From Acidobacteriota bacterium (GTDB lineage Bacteria > Acidobacteriota > Terriglobia > Terriglobales > SCQP01): a DNA stretch of 64,000 bases. This document shows, piece by piece, positions 58,568 to 64,000 of this stretch (its first letter is position 1; every line of letters begins with the position of its first letter). A program made the position numbers and the translations under genes. The stretch is from NCBI GenBank assembly GCA_027459505.1, contig DAIDIE010000001.1, positions 26,318 to 90,317 on the forward strand, read 5' to 3'. The notes beneath the pieces are model-generated. The model was not told the origin of the DNA and made no database searches. It saw only the letters and a program-made list of their open reading frames with translations.

Positions 58568-59263
58568 TTAGGCGTCCGGATTGCCGGCTTTTGCGCGCAG
58601 CTCGGAAAGTGCGCGGATCACTACCCGCCGCCCGTTGATGCGCGCCACCCCTTCATTCCGCAGAACGGTCAAGGCGCGACTGACTGTTTCTGCGCTCAGG
58701 CCGAGCAGTTCCCCGATTTCCTGCCGCGACAGCGGCAGCTGCAGCGCAATCGGACTGCTTCCGGGCGTCGGGCTGGGGAGAAGACTCAGCAGAAATGACG
58801 CGACCTTGGCGCAGGCGTCACGCTGTCCGCCAGCCCCGATTTGCCCTCGGTTCCTCGCCGCGTCCCGCAAAAGGAATCGCATCAGCGCCAGGGCTAACTC
58901 AGGCCGCTGGGTCATCGCCGCCAACAGCGCTTCGCGAGGAGCCGCACAGATGTCGCATTTGCCTATCGCCACCGCCCGCAAGGGATAGCATTCTTCCGCC
59001 ACTGCCTCCAACCCAAACAAATCGCCGGCCTGCACCAGACGGGCAATCCGCGAGTGCCCGTCCTGCAGATCGTCAATGATTTTTATATTCCCAGCCCTCA
59101 CGGCATACACATGGCGAGCCTCGCTCCCATGCAAAAAAATCACTTGATCAGCGCCTACGGGAGCCGGGCGAAAAAGGCAAGTCAGCGCGGAGCTGGCGGC
59201 TCTATCGAAACCGCCCGCTCGTAGCGTGGCAACCACAGGACACGTCTGGCATCGCGCTCTCAT
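58568..59263 (-). CDS. Crp/Fnr family transcriptional regulator with Cys-rich N-terminus
   Basis: cNMP-binding-like barrel (...GDLFGLEA...) and C-terminal HTH LSRQEIGELLGLSAETVSRALTVLRNEGV. The N-terminal MRARCQTCPV...LTC plus the later CDIC offer FNR-like Cys ligand candidates. Confidence 0.8.
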   Translation of the reverse strand: MRARCQTCPVVATLRAGGFDRAASSALTCLFRPAPVGADQVIFLHGSEARHVYAVRAGNIKIIDDLQDGHSRIARLVQAGDLFGLEAVAEECYPLRAVAIGKCDICAAPREALLAAMTQRPELALALMRFLLRDAARNRGQIGAGGQRDACAKVASFLLSLLPSPTPGSSPIALQLPLSRQEIGELLGLSAETVSRALTVLRNEGVARINGRRVVIRALSELRAKAGNPDA

Positions 59264-59385
59264 ATTCGCGTTTCTCGCATTCGGTCAGCCAGCAACGCTG
59301 GCCCACAGGCACGGGCGGCCTTCCTTCCGGCGATTAAGGCAGCGTACCAGACCGGTATGGCCAAATGGGGTGTTCCGGAACCGTT

Positions 59386-59399
59386 TTGATCATGACCAA
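59386..59399. promoter_or_regulatory. FNR/CRP-type box upstream of the Crp/Fnr gene
   Basis: TTGATCATGACCAA compared with consensus TTGAT-N4-ATCAA (one mismatch). It is centred about 130 nt upstream of ATG 59263. Confidence 0.4.
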
Positions 59400-59464
59400 C
59401 TTCCTATGGTCAACCGGAGGGAAAGCCCTGCGGTATACTCGGTCACTTGTCCTACTGAAACTGG

Positions 59465-59520
59465 TTTACGCCCACCTCAACCGCACTAAAACCGCTCAGC
59501 AGTGACCCTAGCGCTGTGCG
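59465..59520. repeat. Right copy of 56-bp direct repeat (contains the aroA stop and a 13-codon DinB-tail remnant)
   Basis: TTTACGCCCACCTCAACCGCACTAAAACCGCTCAGCAGTGACCCTAGCGCTGTGCG. On the + strand it reads ...VYAHLNRTKTAQQ*, against the intact DinB-family C-terminus FYAHLNRAKTAQQ*. Confidence 0.9.
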
Positions 59521-60830
59521 ATCCGCTCCAGCGTGTCGTAGAACTCCGGATACGAGATCGAGGCGCACTCGGCGTCTTCTATCACCGTTTCGCCCTGCGC
59601 CTTCAGCGCGGCGATGGCAAACGCCATGGCAATGCGGTGGTCCCCAAAGCTGTTGATGCGCGCTCCCCGCAGCGTCTGCTCGCCCGGCACGCGCAGCCCG
59701 TCCCGGCGCTCCTCGCACTCCACCCCCATCGCCCGCAGGTTGTGCACGATGCTCACAATCCGGTCGCTCTCTTTGACGCGCAGCTCCGCCGCATCCTGAA
59801 AATCCATGCCGCTATCGGAGACGGTAGCCAGCACCGACAGCACCGGGATCTCGTCAATCAGCGCCACCGTCTCCTGTCCCGCCAGCGTCGTTCCCCGCAG
59901 CCGTCCGCGCGCGGGGCCACTCACCTGGATGGTCCCCACCAGTTCGCCGCCGCGGTCTTCAATGTGCAGGATCTCGATCTGCGCGCCCATGCGGCGCAGC
60001 ACATCGAGCAACACCGCGCGCGTGGGATTCAAGGAAATCTCCTGCAGCACCAGCTCCGAGCCGGCAAACATCGCCCCGGCGCACAGGAAAAACGCCGCCG
60101 AACTGGGGTCGCCGGGAATGCGGTACTCCTGTGGCTGCAATTCCGCCACCGGCCCGCTCACGCTTACCCGCTGCCGCCCCCGCCGTACTTCAACGCCAAA
60201 ATTTCGCAGCGCCAGCTCGGTATGATCGCGCGTGGGCTGCGGCTCTTCCACCGTGGTCTCGCCCTGCGCATACATGCCGGCCAGCAGGATGGCGCTCTTC
60301 ACCTGCGCGCTCGCCACCGGCAACGTGTAAGTAATCCCCTGCAGGCTCGTCACCGGAGAAAAGCGCAGCGGCGGACGCCCGCCCTCCTCGGCCCCAATAT
60401 TGGCCCCCATCTCCAGCAGCGGCTTGATCACCCGCGCCATGGGACGGCGCGCAATCGATTCGTCCCCGGCGATCACCGAGGCAAACGGCTGCGCCGCCAG
60501 AATGCCGGAGAGCATGCGGATCGCGGTCCCGGAATTCCCCGCGTCCAGCACGCGCTGCGGCGCCTGCAATCCGCGCAGGCCGACGCCGTGAATGGTGATC
60601 TCGCCCTTCTCGCGATCGCTTTCCACCCGCACTCCCATGGTCTGCATGCAGGCCAGAGTGCTGTGGCAGTCCGCTCCCGAGGAGTAGTGCGTCAATTTGG
60701 TGACCCCCGCCGCCAGGCTGCCCAGCATGGCGTAGCGATGCGATATGCCCTTATCACCCGGCGGTGCGACTGTTCCGGAGAGATTGCGGGCGGCGAGGAT
60801 GGTGCGTGTGGCGACTTGCGTCTGCGTCAA
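59508..60830 (-). CDS. aroA: 3-phosphoshikimate 1-carboxyvinyltransferase (EPSP synthase)
   Basis: PPGDKGISHRYAMLG, LDAGNSGTAIRML and GDHRIAMAFAIAAL. TTG start at 60830. Confidence 0.9.
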   Translation of the reverse strand: MTQTQVATRTILAARNLSGTVAPPGDKGISHRYAMLGSLAAGVTKLTHYSSGADCHSTLACMQTMGVRVESDREKGEITIHGVGLRGLQAPQRVLDAGNSGTAIRMLSGILAAQPFASVIAGDESIARRPMARVIKPLLEMGANIGAEEGGRPPLRFSPVTSLQGITYTLPVASAQVKSAILLAGMYAQGETTVEEPQPTRDHTELALRNFGVEVRRGRQRVSVSGPVAELQPQEYRIPGDPSSAAFFLCAGAMFAGSELVLQEISLNPTRAVLLDVLRRMGAQIEILHIEDRGGELVGTIQVSGPARGRLRGTTLAGQETVALIDEIPVLSVLATVSDSGMDFQDAAELRVKESDRIVSIVHNLRAMGVECEERRDGLRVPGEQTLRGARINSFGDHRIAMAFAIAALKAQGETVIEDAECASISYPEFYDTLERIAQR

Positions 60831-60865
60831 GGAAGTCTCGTTATCCGTTACCGGTGGTGAGTGGT

Positions 60866-60924
60866 GAGTTGTCAGTTGTCCGTTTGTCCGTTGTCAGTTG
60901 TCCGTTGTCCGTGGACCGTGGACC
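60866..60924. repeat. GACAAC-type repeat block (family E3, inverted orientation)
   Basis: GAGTTGTCAGTTGTCCGTTTGTCCGTTGTCAGTTGTCCGTTGTCCGTGGACCGTGGACC is the reverse complement of GGACAAC/TGACAAC units. Confidence 0.7.
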
Positions 60925-60984
60925 AACGGCCGCCAGAAGCTGCCGCTCAAGCCCTGACGAGCCAGGGCCGAGTCGAACTGCTTT

Positions 60985-61170
60985 CGAGTTCGAAATCGCA
61001 GGCCGAAGCCGTAGCAAAGGTCCGGGGTTGCCGTTTAGGTCCCGCACCGCTGGCGACTAGTAAAGCGCGGCCACCATCCGTGAGCTTCGGCCGGGGTCCC
61101 CACGCCGCGCCGCGCGGCGTGGGGTGGGGCCGGACACCGAAGCGGGTGGAATAAAAGCGGCCGTGCCGCC
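60985..61170. repeat. Dispersed intergenic repeat, family E2 (fullest copy), containing a 12-bp-stem GC palindrome
   Basis: GTTCGAAATCGCA ... CCCCACGCCGCG-CCG-CGCGGCGTGGGG (61098-61124) ... GGTGGAATAAAAGCGGCCGTGCCGCC. Blocks are shared with 21270-21390 and 25255-25292. Confidence 0.65.
61150..61170 (-). terminator. Possible small terminator downstream of rnpB
   Basis: The minus strand reads GGCGGC-ACG-GCCGCU followed by UUUAUU, about 50 nt after the RNase P RNA 3' end. The stem is short, and the motif is also part of repeat family E2. Confidence 0.4.
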
Positions 61171-61219
61171 TCAATTGCCGGGAGCTTGCACTCTTCCCGC
61201 GCCCACCCCAAAAATCTCT

Positions 61220-61670
61220 GCCGCAAGCGGACTGTAAGCCGGATTCTGTACCTGACGGTTCCCCGCCAGGCGGCAATCATTCTTCTAGGAGAGCCATTAC
61301 TGGCTCCCTCCAGCAACCTACCCGGAAGTTGCACCCCGCCAAGGCGGGGAACGGGCCGGGCCGGCCCATGCGCCCTGCGGCGCTCCTTCCCTATTTGGTC
61401 TTGCTCCGTGTGGGGTTTGCCCTGCCCCCGGCCGTTACCGGCGGGGCGGTGCGCTCTTACCGCACCTTTTCACCCTTACCGGACGGCGCAGCCGCCCGGC
61501 GGTACGTTTTCTGTGGCACTTTCCGTGAACCGGCGTTGTGACACCGGCCCCCTGGCCGTTAGCCAGCACACTGCCCTGTGGAGTCCGGACTTTCCTCTCC
61601 CCGGGACCGGCCGCCACCGCCGCAGCGTGTGGCGCGGTCTCCCAGGCAGCAATTGCCCGTCCGCTTGCAA
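61220..61670 (-). ncRNA. rnpB: RNase P RNA, bacterial type A
   Basis: The reverse complement contains GAGAGGAAAGTCCGGACTCCACAGGGCAG (P4/CR-I) and ACAGAAAACGTACCGCC. It also contains GGTAAGGGTGAAAAGGTGCGGTAAGAGCGCACCG, GGGTAGGTTGCTGGAGGGAGCCAGTAATGGCTCTCCTAGAAGAATGATTGCC and ACAGAATCCGGCTTACAG. P1 pairs GCAAGCGGAC (61659-61668) with GTCCGCTTGC (61223-61232). The ends are good to a few nt. Confidence 0.95.
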
Positions 61671-61929
61671 GCAAGTCCTTATTTTAGCAATTCCGCCTGG
61701 CGCCGCCCCCTCGATTCCCTCCCCCGCTTCCCAGCCGCCAAAGGAGCGAGCCACCGAGTCCTCCCTGAGGGAGAGATCGCCGGAGGAAATCGCAGGTGGA
61801 GGGCCGCGAAATTCCCCCGGGGTCCCCGGCAAAGCGCAGTTTGCTTTGTTGGGGCGGGAAGGGCGGTCCCCTCGCGCCGGGGCCCCCGCGAAGCCCCGTT
61901 GGCATTGAATGTCTGGCTTCGTTGTGTGG

Positions 61930-62050
61930 CTCGCGCGGGAGAGGAGCCCGGCATGGGCCGCTTCACGTTCTCACTGGAGAACGTGCCAGCGACCCAACAG
62001 TAAGCAATGCCAGCGGGCGGCTCAGGAGACGAGGCCGTGCCTCCCTCCCT
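61930..62050. repeat. Dispersed intergenic repeat, family E1 (with perfect 9-bp hairpin)
   Basis: CTCGCGCGGGAGAGGAGCCCGGCATGGGCCGCTTC, then the hairpin CACGTTCTC-ACTG-GAGAACGTG (61964-61985), then ...CTCAGGAGACGAGGCCGTGCC. It parallels 21436-21550. Confidence 0.65.
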
Positions 62051-62110
62051 GCCTTATAATTTATTGTTCCGGGCGCGGGCTGAACTGCGCTGGCCGGGCG
62101 AGGACGTTTC

Positions 62111-62857
62111 ATGTCAGGACATTCAAAATGGGCGACCATTAAGCATAAAAAGGCCGCCACCGACGCCAAACGCGGGAAAATCTTCACCCGCCTCATCAAA
62201 GAAATCACCATCGCCGCCCGCAGTGGCGGCGGCGACATCGACAGCAACCCCCGCCTGCGCACCGCGGTGCTGGCCGCCAAGGCGGAGAACATGCCCGCCG
62301 ACAACATCAAACGCGCCGTCCAGCGCGGGACCGGCGAGTTGCCCGGCGCCATCTACGAAGAACTCACCATGGAAGGCTACGGCCCCGGCGGCGTGGCCAT
62401 CATGGTGGACCTCACCACTGACAACCGCAATCGCACGGTCAGCGAAATCCGCCACCTGCTCTCGAAAAACGGCGGCAACCTGGGCGAATCCGGCTGTGTG
62501 GGCTGGCTGTTCACCAAGCGCGGTTCGATCAGCGTCTCCAAGGACGCCATTGGTGAAGACGACCTCATGGCGGCCGTGCTCGACGCCGGCGCCGAAGACC
62601 TGCGCGATGACGGCTCCAGCTGGGAAGTGCTCACCCCGCCCGACACCTTCGAGCCGGTGTTGAACGCGGTGAAGGCCAAGGGCCTGGAGCCGGAAAACGC
62701 CGAGGTCACCATGATTCCGCAGAACTACATCAAGCTGGAAGGCAAGGAAGCCAGCCAGATGGTCCGTCTGCTGGAAGCCCTCGACGACCACGACGACGTG
62801 CAGCACGTCTACTCCAACTTCGACATGGACGAAGCCGCCCTCGCCAGCGTGTCGTAA
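62111..62857 (+). CDS. yebC: YebC/PmpR family DNA-binding transcriptional regulator
   Basis: MSGHSKWATIKHKKAATDAKRGKIFTRLIKEI... is the hallmark N-terminus; 248 aa. Confidence 0.9.
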   Translation: MSGHSKWATIKHKKAATDAKRGKIFTRLIKEITIAARSGGGDIDSNPRLRTAVLAAKAENMPADNIKRAVQRGTGELPGAIYEELTMEGYGPGGVAIMVDLTTDNRNRTVSEIRHLLSKNGGNLGESGCVGWLFTKRGSISVSKDAIGEDDLMAAVLDAGAEDLRDDGSSWEVLTPPDTFEPVLNAVKAKGLEPENAEVTMIPQNYIKLEGKEASQMVRLLEALDDHDDVQHVYSNFDMDEAALASVS

Positions 62858-62880
62858 ACTTCTGACCGCAACCCACCGCC

Positions 62881-62988
62881 GAGTGCCCCACTCAACGCCT
62901 TTTGTTGAGTGGGCATCGCCGAGGTCATGTGCGCCGCCAACTCCTCGCAACTCCCCACCGGCAACTGACAACCGACAACTCGTCAACG
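62881..62988. repeat. ~108-bp composite repeat: hairpin + conserved spacer + GACAAC-type tail (copy 1)
   Basis: GAGTGCCCCACTCAACGCCTTTTGTTGAGTGGGCATCGCCGAGGTCATGTGCGCCGCCAACTCC...CAACTGACAACCGACAACTCGTCAACG. It has a 10-bp stem CCCACTCAAC/GTTGAGTGGG. It is about 90 percent identical over the first ~80 nt to 63541-63650 (by eye). Confidence 0.85.
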
Positions 62989-63054
62989 TGAGGAGTCGCG
63001 CCAGGAACGCGGGTCAGTAACCCGCTTCGCGCCGCGATCCTCTTTGATACCGCT

Positions 63055-63468
63055 TTAAACGCTTCCCGCATCAGCCTTCAGTTGCCTGGCGTAGGCCCAG
63101 TGCGTAAGCGCCATGGAAGCAGCGAATGCAAGGACGATTCCGTCAATTCCGGTCACCACCGAAATCCAGTCTAGATCGGGCCAGTTCAGTGCAACAACAA
63201 GCGAGAGCTGAATGCCCAGCCATACCAGGAACACCTTAAATCCGAACCGCGGCTTCCATATGTAGAAGCCAAACATGAGGAGGCATACCAGCCAGGGGAC
63301 GGCCGCGGCCAGTTCAACCAAGCCGGGCAGCAATCCAGGGTGTGGATCGCTTGCAAACGAAAGCGTCATCCACCCGAACCAGGACACCACCAGCGCAAGT
63401 AAACCGGCAATCACCGCGAAAAACCAGCGGACCAGCCCCAAGGAGCCTCCTGATTTCACACCCTGCAC
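63055..63468 (-). CDS. Hypothetical small membrane protein
   Basis: 137 aa with 4 predicted hydrophobic helices (WFFAVIAGLLALVVSWFGW, AAAVPWLVCLLMFGFYIW, VFLVWLGIQLSLVVAL, GIDGIVLAFAASMAL). It is flanked on both sides by the 108-bp repeat. Confidence 0.55.
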   Translation of the reverse strand: MQGVKSGGSLGLVRWFFAVIAGLLALVVSWFGWMTLSFASDPHPGLLPGLVELAAAVPWLVCLLMFGFYIWKPRFGFKVFLVWLGIQLSLVVALNWPDLDWISVVTGIDGIVLAFAASMALTHWAYARQLKADAGSV

Positions 63469-63540
63469 CGTGGGGTGATAGCCCCAGTTCGGCCGCTATA
63501 TCCAGAGCAAGCCGGGGTGTCTCCCGGCTAGCAGGGCAGC

Positions 63541-63650
63541 CGAGTGCCCTTTCAACGCCTTTTGTTGAGTGGGCATCGCCGAGGTCATGCGCGCCGCCAG
63601 CTCCCGGCAACTCCCCACTTGCAACCGACAACTGACAACCGACAACTGAC
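63541..63650. repeat. ~110-bp composite repeat (copy 2, hairpin degenerate)
   Basis: GAGTGCCCTTTCAACGCCTTTTGTTGAGTGGGCATCGCCGAGGTCATGCGCGCCGCCAGCTCC...CAACCGACAACTGACAACCGACAACTGACA. Confidence 0.85.
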
Positions 63651-64000
63651 ATCTCCCAACCTAAGTCCAGGAGCGACAGCAACAGCGTCGGGACAAGGAT
63701 ACCGCGCTTTAATCTCACTGCGGCCAGAACGATGCCGGTCGACCATGCCAGCAGAAACACTTCCCACCGGATCTGGAAGAAAGATATGGAAATGAACGCT
63801 CCCGTAAGCAGCGCTGCGAGCAAATCCGGATTCATGTGATTTCCGAGGAAGCGAACGCCCCAGTCGAATATCCAGACCACGCGCCCGCCAGCCACAACGA
63901 GGACACCGGTCGTTGCGCACCCCGGTCAACGCGCGCTCCGGCCATTGCCTGCTCCGGCCTCAACGCCCTCCGGTCAGCGCGTCGCGGAGCGACGCTTTGG

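Noticed and set aside
48382-59464. The 11-kb repeat-bracketed segment, considered as a prophage, ICE, IS or transposon.
   Set aside because: There is no integrase, transposase, recombinase, phage structural or conjugation gene, and no terminal inverted repeats. I therefore report it only as an insertion with junction duplication, not as a defined mobile element.
60866-60924. Short-period GACAAC/GTTGTC repeats, considered as a CRISPR array or a coding repeat.
   Set aside because: The units are 6-8 nt and contiguous, with no unique spacers of 25-40 nt. No cas genes are in the window. The ORFs through them (e.g. ...LSVVSCPLSV...) are artefacts.
61186-61908. 240-aa plus-strand ORF and several others overlapping 61.2-61.9 kb.
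   Set aside because: The region is RNase P RNA on the opposite strand plus flanking repeats, so these are not coding.
63314-63895. 193-aa minus-strand ORF at the window end. It begins with a plausible two-helix membrane segment (from ATG 63835: MNPDLLAALLTGAFISISFF...VLAAVRLKRGILVPTLLLSLLDLGW).
   Set aside because: After about 60 codons it reads straight through the 110-bp repeat and then out of frame over the neighbouring gene. It is either a truncated gene or a short ORF with an unclear end, and I cannot define a supportable feature.

Overview
GC-rich bacterial chromosomal window. The secreted beta-propeller, CarboxypepD_reg and CRTAC1-type proteins and the style of the intergenic repeats suggest an Acidobacteriota-like soil bacterium. 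That is inference; the RNase P RNA at 61.2-61.7 kb could be used to place it. I call about 55 protein genes, one tRNA-Glu(CUC), RNase P RNA, a few terminators and operators, and three families of dispersed intergenic repeats. All protein calls come from motif recognition by eye on the supplied translations; no database search was possible. The ORF track writes M for GTG/TTG starts and always takes the longest ORF, so many starts were trimmed using RBS and stop/start-overlap logic. Many long ORFs antisense to real genes are GC-driven shadow ORFs. Main observations: (1) The radical SAM gene at 44.9-46.4 kb very probably reads through its TGA as selenocysteine (tail ...WFC-U-SEPTDEQFARLI). It is tightly coupled to an ATP-grasp ligase gene. 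(2) A 12-kb co-directional, translationally coupled cassette lies at 9.3-21.1 kb. It encodes two intact ketosynthases, each paired with a degenerate KS-like partner, plus KR, DH, a FabL-type ER, an atypical ACP, a PaaK/F390-synthetase-like adenylating enzyme, a DegT-type aminotransferase and a myo-inositol-1-phosphate synthase. This looks like a dedicated lipid or reduced-polyketide pathway of unknown product. (3) An 11,139-bp segment lies between a DinB-family gene and aroA and is bracketed by a 56-bp direct repeat (54/56 identical) that duplicates both gene ends. It carries a Crp/Fnr regulator and an eight-gene, tightly overlapping operon of secreted heme, propeller and binding proteins, with no integrase. 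(4) A LysW-like zinc-ribbon protein carries an unusually long poly-Asp/Glu tail. The rest is ordinary housekeeping: copZ-copA-csoR copper locus with a clear CsoR-type operator, panB/panC, folK, ruvB, aroA, yebC, pccB-like carboxyltransferase.
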